Source: Candidatus Woesearchaeota archaeon (GTDB lineage Archaea > Nanobdellota > Nanobdellia > Woesearchaeales > GW2011-AR4). From it: DNA of 64,000 bases. Positions 34,410-42,337 of this stretch are shown here, one piece after another. A program made the translations under genes and the position numbers. The stretch lies in contig JACPTC010000017.1 in the NCBI GenBank assembly GCA_016192985.1, positions 1,182 through 65,181 of the forward strand, in the 5' to 3' direction. Position 1 is the stretch's first letter. Every line of letters starts with the position of its first letter. Under the pieces are notes generated by a model. That model was not told where the DNA came from. It saw only the letters and a list, made by a program, of their open reading frames with translations, and ran no database searches.

Positions 34410-35378
34410 TCATTTTACAAACATTGGCATGAATTCGGTTGAGCCGAAAACCCCGTAAATCCCATTTTTTTTCAGCCATATCGCCCTTTTTAAATAGCCA
34501 AGCGCAGGTCCTAAAACATTTGAGGCCATTGTGGTTTCATCACCCAGCATAAATTTATGTGAGCTTATTTTCCCATCAAATGTTCTCCCTGTCAATCTCA
34601 TTGTTGTTGTCACCGGCTTTTTGGCGTGCCTTGTGTCCATTACACCACCAACCGAAACTTGGCTGAGCTTATCAACAATTCCGATTTTTTTTAGCAAAAT
34701 ATCGTCGGCATGTTCCATATCCCTAAACCTAAGAATTCCATTTGTTCTGTCCAGCAATTTTTCAATTTGCTCATTGCTCATTGCTCTTGCTTTTTTTAAA
34801 CTGTAACCCGGTAAGTTAGCTATATCCTCCCGTATGGTTCCTTTATACTCTTCCCAGTTCTCTATTCCAACGCCCCAGAAAATATCAACTTTGTTTATTT
34901 TTATAAAAGATTGCGCTGCAATTACGGCAGCGGCAGTCAACAAGCCGGGTGTTGCGCCTGTTCCTGTTATGTAAGCTGATTTTTTCTTCTTGAAGAAAGC
35001 ATGCATCTTAAACATGATTTTCATTGCCTGCGTTTTTTTCAATGGGTCAGAAAAAGCGCCTTCATAACCATTCTGTAAAAACCTTTTTGCAACAGACGGT
35101 ATAAACTCATTTGGAAGGTTCGGCAATGTAATTAAAATGCCGTCTATAATCCTTGATTTTTTAATTATCTCGCCTATGGCGTCAAATGATTTTTTTCCAA
35201 TACTGGCAACTGACTCGTTTTTTTTCAAATTGTAAACGTTCTCAGGCTTGATGCCTTTTTCATCTATAGCAAAACCACTGTTGTCGCACGCGGCAACTAT
35301 TCTGATTTCCTTTTTCTGCTCAATGATTCGAGCGGCAGCTTTTCCAAGACCGCCAGCCCCCAAAATCGCTATTTTCAT
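34410..35378 (-). CDS. Rossmann-fold NAD(P)-binding protein of unknown function in the bioD operon (candidate BioA substitute)
   Basis: MKIAILGAGGLGKAAARII is a GxGxxG motif. No aminotransferase or PLP features are present. It lies upstream of and co-oriented with bioD, and divergent from bioF. Confidence 0.5.
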   Translation of the reverse strand: MKIAILGAGGLGKAAARIIEQKKEIRIVAACDNSGFAIDEKGIKPENVYNLKKNESVASIGKKSFDAIGEIIKKSRIIDGILITLPNLPNEFIPSVAKRFLQNGYEGAFSDPLKKTQAMKIMFKMHAFFKKKKSAYITGTGATPGLLTAAAVIAAQSFIKINKVDIFWGVGIENWEEYKGTIREDIANLPGYSLKKARAMSNEQIEKLLDRTNGILRFRDMEHADDILLKKIGIVDKLSQVSVGGVMDTRHAKKPVTTTMRLTGRTFDGKISSHKFMLGDETTMASNVLGPALGYLKRAIWLKKNGIYGVFGSTEFMPMFVK

Positions 35379-35395
35379 ACTATATGGAAAAATTT

Positions 35396-35417
35396 ATGAA
35401 TATTTAAAAATATTCAT
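35396..35417. promoter_or_regulatory. palindromic bidirectional promoter/operator between the bioD operon and bioF (ATGAATATT-TAAA-AATATTCAT)
   Basis: A perfect 9-bp inverted repeat, 35396-35404 / 35409-35417. It contains TTTAAATA (minus strand, 35408-35401) 22 nt upstream of the ATG at 35378. TTTATGAA (35393-35400) lies 22 nt upstream of the bioF ATG at 35423. Confidence 0.5.
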
Positions 35418-35422
35418 TGCTT

Positions 35423-36556
35423 ATGAAAGAAAAACTGAAAGAATTGAAAAATAAAAATCTTTTTCGGGATTTCAGGACAATAACTGGTTCTTGCAGTAAT
35501 ACCTCAACATACAATGGCAAAGAATATATCATGCTGGCGTCAAACAACTATTTCGGTTTGAACACTAACCATAAGGTCATTGCGGCAGCTAAGAAATCAA
35601 TAGACAAATATGGCACAGGAAATGAAGCTTCTCGTCTTATTGTAAACCTTGATTTGCATGCAAAGCTTGAAAAAGAAATTGCGAGCTACAGAAAATGCAG
35701 CGCTGCAATGGTTTTTTCAAGCGGATACGCAGCTAACACAGGAATAATAAGCAGCATTGCTGGAAAAGGGGACATAATTCTTAGCGACCAGCTTAACCAT
35801 GCAAGCATAATAGACGGATGCAGGCTCAGTAAAGCAACAACCCATATCTACCAGCACTGCAATGTCGAACACTTAAAAACTATCCTAAAAAAAGTCAAAA
35901 AAAACAATAAGAAAATTTTGATTGTTACTGACACTGTTTTCAGTATGGATGGAGACATTGCACCGTTAAATCAAATAATTGAGTTAAAGGATAAATACAA
36001 TTTTATGCTTATGGTAGATGATGCCCATGCTATAGGGGTCTTAGACACAAACTTCAAGGAGATAGATATACATATGGGAACTTTGTCAAAGGCGCTCGCT
36101 TCACAAGGCGGCTATGTTGCTGGAAGCAAAGAGCTTATAGAATTCCTAAGAAATTTCTCAAGGCCATTCATTTACTCAACAGGCTTAGCGCCACCAAATG
36201 CTGCAGCCGCTTTGGCTGCACTGAAAATTCTAAGAAATGGAAAAAAACTAAGGAGAAAATTGCTCGATAATTCAAATTACATGCGGAGTAATCTTAATAA
36301 GCTGGGCTTTGACGCATTAGGGGAGCTTCAAATTATACCTTTAATAATAGGCGAAAACAAAAAGACAATGCAATTCCAGAAATCGCTTGAAATAGAAAGA
36401 ATTTTTGTTACTGGAATAAGGCCGCCAACAGTTCAAAATGCAAGACTGCGCATTTCTATAATGGCAACACATACAAGACAGCAATTGGACAAATCATTAA
36501 AGGCTTTCAATAAAATCGGCACTAAGATGGGATTAGTTCCTCATGCCCAAAGATAA
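35423..36556 (+). CDS. bioF: 8-amino-7-oxononanoate synthase
   Basis: Alpha-oxoamine synthase pattern: ...GTGNEASRLI..., DDAHAIGV, and the PLP lysine context GTLSKALASQGGYVAG. I prefer the ATG at 35423; the track start at 35417 is TTG. Confidence 0.85.
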   Translation: MKEKLKELKNKNLFRDFRTITGSCSNTSTYNGKEYIMLASNNYFGLNTNHKVIAAAKKSIDKYGTGNEASRLIVNLDLHAKLEKEIASYRKCSAAMVFSSGYAANTGIISSIAGKGDIILSDQLNHASIIDGCRLSKATTHIYQHCNVEHLKTILKKVKKNNKKILIVTDTVFSMDGDIAPLNQIIELKDKYNFMLMVDDAHAIGVLDTNFKEIDIHMGTLSKALASQGGYVAGSKELIEFLRNFSRPFIYSTGLAPPNAAAALAALKILRNGKKLRRKLLDNSNYMRSNLNKLGFDALGELQIIPLIIGENKKTMQFQKSLEIERIFVTGIRPPTVQNARLRISIMATHTRQQLDKSLKAFNKIGTKMGLVPHAQR

Positions 36557-37211
36557 CCTGCACGCCTCTGAGGCCCCTTATCATTTCATAGCATTCAATT
36601 ATCTTATCAGGGTTCCATAATATGCCAGGCAGGCAATTATATTTAAGATTTTCAGAAGAGTAACAAGCGTCGCCGGCAATAAAAATTCTTTTGCCGTTCA
36701 GGTTTATAAAAACGGATTGATGACCTTCTGTGTGCCCCGATGTAGGGATTATGATTATCTTGCCGTCACTGAACAAATCCAATCTGCCTTCTATAATCCT
36801 ATATTTTAAGTTCCCGTTAAAATTATCCTGATAAGCGAGTTTCTGATAAATCTTCGGACTTATTGCAGATTCATACTCTTTTTTTTGAATTATTATATCT
36901 GAGCCAATAAATGAGCTGTTATTTTCACAATGGTCAATATGCAAGTGGGTGTTTATAATAAAATCAATTTTTATGCCTCTTAAATATTTAATTACATCAG
37001 TTTCCAAAATTGGTTGGTAAAACTTCAGCCTTTTTCCCCAAGTCTCTTGAAAGTCTGATGAGAAACCTGTGTCAACAAGCACATTGCCTTTTTCATGTTT
37101 TACAAGAAAGCAAAATACAGGTATTTTAACTTTGTTTCCCATACCTCTTCCAAGAGTCACAAATCCCTTGTCACATTCCAAATACCCGTTCTTTATAATG
37201 TCCAACTCCAC
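36522..37211 (-). CDS. metallo-beta-lactamase-fold hydrolase (lactonase/esterase-like)
   Basis: The HxHxDH motif is INTHLHIDHC, with a later HTEGH. I chose the start GTG at 37211. The in-frame ATG at 37283 would put the N-terminus across the promoter and 5' end of the divergent methyltransferase gene. Confidence 0.7.
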   Translation of the reverse strand: MELDIIKNGYLECDKGFVTLGRGMGNKVKIPVFCFLVKHEKGNVLVDTGFSSDFQETWGKRLKFYQPILETDVIKYLRGIKIDFIINTHLHIDHCENNSSFIGSDIIIQKKEYESAISPKIYQKLAYQDNFNGNLKYRIIEGRLDLFSDGKIIIIPTSGHTEGHQSVFINLNGKRIFIAGDACYSSENLKYNCLPGILWNPDKIIECYEMIRGLRGVQVIFGHEELIPS

Positions 37212-37214
37212 GCT

Positions 37215-37232
37215 TGGTAAGATATTTAAATT
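37215..37232 (+). promoter_or_regulatory. BRE/TATA promoter element TGGTAAGATATTTAAAT(T) for the LCMT-like methyltransferase gene
   Basis: TTTAAATT lies 20 nt upstream of the ATG at 37253. The 17-mer TGGTAAGATATTTAAAT is identical to 50230-50246, upstream of ugd. Confidence 0.5.
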
Positions 37233-37252
37233 AAATAAAAACTTTATGGAAT

Positions 37253-37942
37253 ATGAAAGAGACAAAAATTTCAAATACAGCATCGCTCACAGCAGTGTGG
37301 CGCTATATGGGAAATGTGGATAGCATTTCAATCAAGGAAGTGCCACTTTACCAAAAATTGGTGGCATACACTCTAGGGTTACTCGACAAAGCGAGCGTAC
37401 GAACAATTACACAAAGGACAAAAATTATTGACTCATTGATATATAAAATAAAACCAAGAACAATTGTTGAGATAGGCGCCGGATATTCATCGAGGTCAAA
37501 GCGCTTTCCACAGATAAAATTCTATAATCTAGATTTGCCAGAAATAGCATATAACAAAAAAGACGTAGTGTCATTTGACATAAGCAAAGAATCTTTGGAA
37601 ATTGACGTAGGAAAAGCCTTGTTCATTGTTGAAGGAGTTGCAATGTACTTGAACGATAATGAAGTGATTAAACTGCTAAAAGAAATTAAAAAATACAAAG
37701 GCCATTTGATCATAGATTTTTTTGACAAGGAAAAGTCAACAAGGCAAAAGACAATAAAAGAGAATATTTACAAACTTATTTTCAAGCTATTCATAGGTAA
37801 GAACCATATTTTTGATTTTAGGATAGAAAATTTGGAATCGGGGAAAATGCTGCTGGAGAGATTCGGGTATAAAAACATAAAATATTATGATTACAATCTT
37901 GAAAAAACGCTTGACTGCTTATTTTATGCGGAATTCAATTGA
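37253..37942 (+). CDS. LCMT/TIGR00027-type SAM-dependent O-(carboxyl) methyltransferase
   Basis: [13 protein letters not shown] (tAl..A..Ra), [15 protein letters not shown] (LGaGlDtRa.R), [14 protein letters not shown] (.EvD.P.v...K) and [15 protein letters not shown] (.EGvl.YL) all fit the family pattern. Confidence 0.65.
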   Translation: MKETKISNTASLTAVWRYMGNVDSISIKEVPLYQKLVAYTLGLLDKASVRTITQRTKIIDSLIYKIKPRTIVEIGAGYSSRSKRFPQIKFYNLDLPEIAYNKKDVVSFDISKESLEIDVGKALFIVEGVAMYLNDNEVIKLLKEIKKYKGHLIIDFFDKEKSTRQKTIKENIYKLIFKLFIGKNHIFDFRIENLESGKMLLERFGYKNIKYYDYNLEKTLDCLFYAEFN

Positions 37943-38918
37943 TTTGGAGATTTTCAGATTCTTTGAATGCTTTTCTCGTCCTTAACCCAAATAAATTTAA
38001 CATCTTCATGTCATCGTTAAACTCAGGGTTTGGTGTTGTGAGCAACTTGTCTCCAGCAAATATGGAGTTTGCCCCAGCCAAAAAACAGAGGGCTTGAGCT
38101 TCCTTACTCATTTGCAATCTCCCAGCCGACAGCCTCACCATAGATTTTGGCAGCATAATCCTTGCTGTGGCTATCATTCTTACCATCTCCCAGACTTGAA
38201 TAATGCCCCTATTCCCAAGAGGCGTCCCTTTTATTGGAACAAGCGCGTTTATAGGCACAGATTCCGGATGTGGGTGCAGATATGACAACGTAAGAAGCAT
38301 TTTTATCCTGTCTTTTACTGATTCCCCCATCCCAATAATGCCGCCACAGCAAACTGTTATTCCAGCTTTTCTTACATTTTCTAAAGTTCTCAAACGGTCT
38401 TGAAATGTTCTGGTAGTAATTATTCTCTCATAAAACTCCTCTGAAGTGTCTATATTGTGGTTGTAAGCGTAAAGGCCCGCTTCTTTGAGTCGTCTTGCTT
38501 GGCTTTCGGTCAGCATGCCAAGAGTGCAGCACACTTCCATTCCGAGATCATTCACAGCTTTAACCATTTCTAGTACATTCTCAAAATCATCATTGTCCTT
38601 TATCTCACGCCATGCTGCACCCATGCAAAATCTTGTAGAGCCATTCAATTTAGCATTTTTTGCAGACTCAACAACTTTTTCTATTGGCAACAATGACTCA
38701 ATTTTGATTCCTGTGCTATAGCGGGCAGCTTGAGGGCAATAAGCGCAATCTTCGCTACAAGCGCCTGTTTTTATTGACAATAAAGAGCTTAATTGAACCT
38801 CGCTTGGATCATGAAATTGCCTATGAACGGTCGCAGCCTTGTAAATCAATTCAAGCAAAGGCATGTTATAAATTTTAAGCGCTTCTTCCTCAGCCCAATC
38901 ATACCTTACAATTTGCAT
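37935..38918 (-). CDS. bioB: biotin synthase (radical SAM)
   Basis: [14 protein letters not shown] (CxxxCxxC), together with family length and further motifs (GGIIGMGES). Confidence 0.9.
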   Translation of the reverse strand: MQIVRYDWAEEEALKIYNMPLLELIYKAATVHRQFHDPSEVQLSSLLSIKTGACSEDCAYCPQAARYSTGIKIESLLPIEKVVESAKNAKLNGSTRFCMGAAWREIKDNDDFENVLEMVKAVNDLGMEVCCTLGMLTESQARRLKEAGLYAYNHNIDTSEEFYERIITTRTFQDRLRTLENVRKAGITVCCGGIIGMGESVKDRIKMLLTLSYLHPHPESVPINALVPIKGTPLGNRGIIQVWEMVRMIATARIMLPKSMVRLSAGRLQMSKEAQALCFLAGANSIFAGDKLLTTPNPEFNDDMKMLNLFGLRTRKAFKESENLQIN

Positions 38919-38947
38919 AGTATTTTCATATTGTTCTATCCAAAAAA

Positions 38948-39337
38948 TCAGCCTATCACTACCAAAACATCCCCCTTACCGACATTGCCATCTTTCTTAA
39001 CTTTTATCTCTTTCACAACACCATCTCTTGGCGAAGTAATATCATTTTCCATCTTCATTGCCATCAAAGTAAATAAGCTTTGGCCTTGTTTTACTTCATC
39101 GCCTTCCTTTACCTTCACATCATAAACAATCCCAGGCAAGGGAGATGTTATCTCAATTTTTCCTACTTCTGTTGCATGCTTTTTATGCAGCCTCTCTACA
39201 GCTGACGGTTCAGCGTCTTTCTTTGTCTCAACTTCGTAAACATCACCTTCGCAGTGGACTAATATCTTGCCTTCTTCTGTTTCTTCTACAAATACCTTGT
39301 ATTCTTTACCGTCAACCTTAACAAAAAGCTCTTCCAT
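38948..39337 (-). CDS. accB: biotin carboxyl carrier protein (biotinyl/lipoyl domain)
   Basis: [41 protein letters not shown] contains the AMKM biotinylation motif. Confidence 0.85.
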   Translation of the reverse strand: MEELFVKVDGKEYKVFVEETEEGKILVHCEGDVYEVETKKDAEPSAVERLHKKHATEVGKIEITSPLPGIVYDVKVKEGDEVKQGQSLFTLMAMKMENDITSPRDGVVKEIKVKKDGNVGKGDVLVVIG

Positions 39338-39339
39338 GT

Positions 39340-40860
39340 CTACAAAGGCATGTTGCCATGCTTTTTAGCAGGCCTTTTTTCTCTTTTAGCAAGCATCATT
39401 TCAAGGCATTTAACCAAAGCGATCCTTGTATTTCTTGGCTCAATTATCATATCCACCTTGCCAAGCTTTGCAGCAACGTAAGGATTAAGGTATTTTTCAG
39501 CGTATTCCTTAACAATCTCATCTTTTGCTTTAGTATTTTTGCTTATTTCGTCCCTGTTGATTATACTGACAGCCTGCTCAGCACCCATAACTGCAATCTC
39601 GGCAGAAGGCCATGCGAGCACTTTGTCAAATCCCATCTCTTTTGATACAAGGGCAATATAAGCGCCGCCGTACGCTTTTCTCATAACAAGCGATATTTTT
39701 GGCACAATAGCTTCAGAATAAGCATAAATCACTTTTGCGCCATGCCTTATAATCCCATTATGCTCCTGCTCACTTCCTGGCAGATACCCTGTTACATCCA
39801 CAAGATTAATCAAGGGTATGTTAAAGCAGTCACAAAATCTCACAAATCTGGCAATCTTATCTGAGGAATTAATGTCTAAGCATCCTGCCAGCACTTTTGG
39901 CTGGTTAGCTACAATGCCTACAACATCCCCATTAAGTCGCGCAAATCCTACAACAATATTAGAGGCAAAATTGCCCTGAACTTCAAAAAACGATTTTTTG
40001 TCGAAAACTTCATTAACCACCTCTTTTATGTCATATGTTTTTTTAGGGTCTTCTGGAACAATATATTCGAGCCTCTTTGTGTCTCTCAATGCATTGTCAT
40101 TAGAGTTATGGGGAGGATTCTCCAGATTGTTCTGGGGAAGATAGGCAAGCAAGGCCTTAATCATGTCCATGCATTCTTTCTCATTGTCAGCCACGAAATG
40201 AGCCACACCGCTCTTCTCATGAGCAAAAGCGCCGCCAAGCCCTTCAAAGTCTATTGTCTCACCAGTTACCGTTTTAATAACTTCCGGCCCTGTAATGAAC
40301 ATGTGGCTAGTTTTCTTAACCATAAAAACAAAGTCTGTCAATGCAGGGCTATAAACAGCGATTCCTGCGCAAGGTCCGAGTATAGCAGATATCTGCGGTA
40401 TAATGCCTGATGACAATGTATTGAGCTGAAATATTCTGCCGCCTGTATCCAAGGCTTCTACACCTTCCTGTATTCTTGCGCCTCCTGAGTCTAGCAATCC
40501 AATTATTGGGCATCCTGTTTTTAAGGCAAGTTCTATCACATCAGCTATCTTTTTATTATGCATCTCACCCATTGAGCCACCCATAAAAGAGAAGTCTTGG
40601 GCATAAACATAAACAGGCCTTTTGTGTATTGTCCCATAGCCTACTATAACACCATCTCTGGAGCTCTTTTTTGCTCCTATCTCATTGCTTTGCAGCTCAG
40701 CAAAAGCATCAAGCTCTGTGAAAGAATCAGGATCAAGCAAATACCTCAAGCGCTCCTTGGCAGTTAGCTTTCCTTTCTTGTGTTGCAACTCAACAGCTTG
40801 CTTATCATCTTGCAATTCTTTAACCTTATCAAGAAATTCCTTCAGCTTATTGCTAGTCAT
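39340..40860 (-). CDS. pccB: acyl-CoA carboxylase carboxyltransferase subunit (PccB/AccD-type)
   Basis: HKKGKLTAKERLRYLLDPDSF..., FMGGSMGEMH and LLDSGGARIQEG fit the carboxyl_trans family. Confidence 0.85.
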   Translation of the reverse strand: MTSNKLKEFLDKVKELQDDKQAVELQHKKGKLTAKERLRYLLDPDSFTELDAFAELQSNEIGAKKSSRDGVIVGYGTIHKRPVYVYAQDFSFMGGSMGEMHNKKIADVIELALKTGCPIIGLLDSGGARIQEGVEALDTGGRIFQLNTLSSGIIPQISAILGPCAGIAVYSPALTDFVFMVKKTSHMFITGPEVIKTVTGETIDFEGLGGAFAHEKSGVAHFVADNEKECMDMIKALLAYLPQNNLENPPHNSNDNALRDTKRLEYIVPEDPKKTYDIKEVVNEVFDKKSFFEVQGNFASNIVVGFARLNGDVVGIVANQPKVLAGCLDINSSDKIARFVRFCDCFNIPLINLVDVTGYLPGSEQEHNGIIRHGAKVIYAYSEAIVPKISLVMRKAYGGAYIALVSKEMGFDKVLAWPSAEIAVMGAEQAVSIINRDEISKNTKAKDEIVKEYAEKYLNPYVAAKLGKVDMIIEPRNTRIALVKCLEMMLAKREKRPAKKHGNMPL

Positions 40861-40970
40861 ATGAGCAAGCTTATGAATGAGTGTTTAAAAAGGTTTTTGT
40901 GAGCCCTTGGTTAATCATAAACTAAATCCCATGAGAGCCTGTTTAATTTTCTAAGTTTGTAATTTACAAT

Positions 40971-41696
40971 TTAAAACAACTTGAACCCTTTGCTTTCCTT
41001 TGTCCCGATAACCCCGCCTTCGACTATTTTGAACAATATCTCTTTTTCCTCTGCAATGCTACGGTGCTTTCGTAAGATACATCTGCGATTGCCATTTGGA
41101 GTTATCTGAAGCTCCAGCAGGCATTTGCTTCCGTACTTAAGGATGTCCCCCCCTACAATATTCACCTTGTCTTTCTCGCCAAAGTCTGTATAGACTTGAT
41201 TGGTTATGAGGACGGGTATCAAATTTTTCCTTGCGATTTCGGTAAGGTATGCTATTTGCTTGCTTAGTTCTCTGTTAACTTCGTATACCTCTTCATTTTT
41301 GCCAAGCTCGAGCCTGTAAAGCATTGCTATCGTATCAACAACTATCAATCCTATTTTTTCATTCACAATACCCCTTAATTTTTCAAATGATTTTTTCTGC
41401 TCATCAAAGCTGGTTGGCATTAAAAATATTATAGTATCAAGCACTTTTTTGTAATCTTGGCCCATATGAGATGAGATCTGCTTGAGCCTCTCAATTGAGA
41501 ACCCGCCCTCAGAATCAACATAAATAACTTTCTTACCACTTATTGATACATTTAAGGTGCAAAGCAGGCAAAGCACTGTCTTGCCTGAACCTGCAGGACC
41601 GTAGATGGTAGTCACTATATCTTTTTCATAACCTCCCTCAAGCATAACATCAAGTATTCTGCTTCCTGATGGCAACTTGTTGTCAGATTCTCCCAT
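40971..41696 (-). CDS. radB: RadB-like RecA-superfamily ATPase
   Basis: LDVMLEGGYEKDIVTTIYGPAGSGKTVLCL (Walker A) and LIVVDTIAMLY (Walker B); about 240 aa with no N-terminal HhH domain. Confidence 0.75.
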   Translation of the reverse strand: MGESDNKLPSGSRILDVMLEGGYEKDIVTTIYGPAGSGKTVLCLLCTLNVSISGKKVIYVDSEGGFSIERLKQISSHMGQDYKKVLDTIIFLMPTSFDEQKKSFEKLRGIVNEKIGLIVVDTIAMLYRLELGKNEEVYEVNRELSKQIAYLTEIARKNLIPVLITNQVYTDFGEKDKVNIVGGDILKYGSKCLLELQITPNGNRRCILRKHRSIAEEKEILFKIVEGGVIGTKESKGFKLF

Positions 41697-41826
41697 AAAT
41701 GCCGAATAATTTAAGTTTGCTTATTAATTTTTTTATAATATCTCCACTATAACAAAACATAAGAAAAAGATTTATATTTATATACCTTAACTTCAAAAAA
41801 TGGCGTATTTAAAATGAATACTAACA

Positions 41827-42336
41827 ATGATCACTAGAAATATACGAAAAGGACTTAGTGTAATTTCCAATCCCGATAAAGCATTTATAGAGTTAAAACA
41901 ACTCACTTTAGAAGACGTTGCAGGTTATTACATAGTATTGCTTGTTTTAGCATCAGTCGCAGCAGGCGTAGCTAACTTTTTGTTTTCGCTTGGCAAAGCG
42001 TTTTATCTCGAGATGTTTTTTAATACTGAGATAAAGTACGGAAGAATGATCAATTACTCTATTGGAAGCTCTACTGCACTTATATTTTTCTATATGTTTG
42101 CAGGGACATTCTTCATTTTTTTAATAAGCGCAATATTAAGCTCACTAATCCGCAAAATGAGGTACATTGATTTATTGAAGATTCTGTTATATTCATTGAC
42201 GCCTGTACTCTTGTTTGGCTGGACTCCTTTAACACCTTTCCCGCTTATGATTTGGAGCATCTTCCTGCTAATAAATGGTATCAAATCTTATCGGGCTTCA
42301 AGTGTAAGAAAGGGATCCATAAGCCAAAGGTATTGA
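41827..42336 (+). CDS. Yip1-domain-like multi-TM membrane protein
   Basis: An N-terminal soluble segment followed by 4-5 TM helices; the layout resembles YIP1/DUF1282 proteins. The family call is tentative. Confidence 0.4.
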   Translation: MITRNIRKGLSVISNPDKAFIELKQLTLEDVAGYYIVLLVLASVAAGVANFLFSLGKAFYLEMFFNTEIKYGRMINYSIGSSTALIFFYMFAGTFFIFLISAILSSLIRKMRYIDLLKILLYSLTPVLLFGWTPLTPFPLMIWSIFLLINGIKSYRASSVRKGSISQRY

Positions 42337-42337
42337 T

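Noticed and set aside
36522-37283. Long form of the MBL hydrolase starting at the ATG at 37283
   Set aside because: The extra 24 residues ([24 protein letters not shown]) are encoded across the TATA/BRE element and the first codons of the divergent methyltransferase gene, and they are not part of the MBL fold. I prefer the GTG at 37211, although the ATG start cannot be excluded without data.
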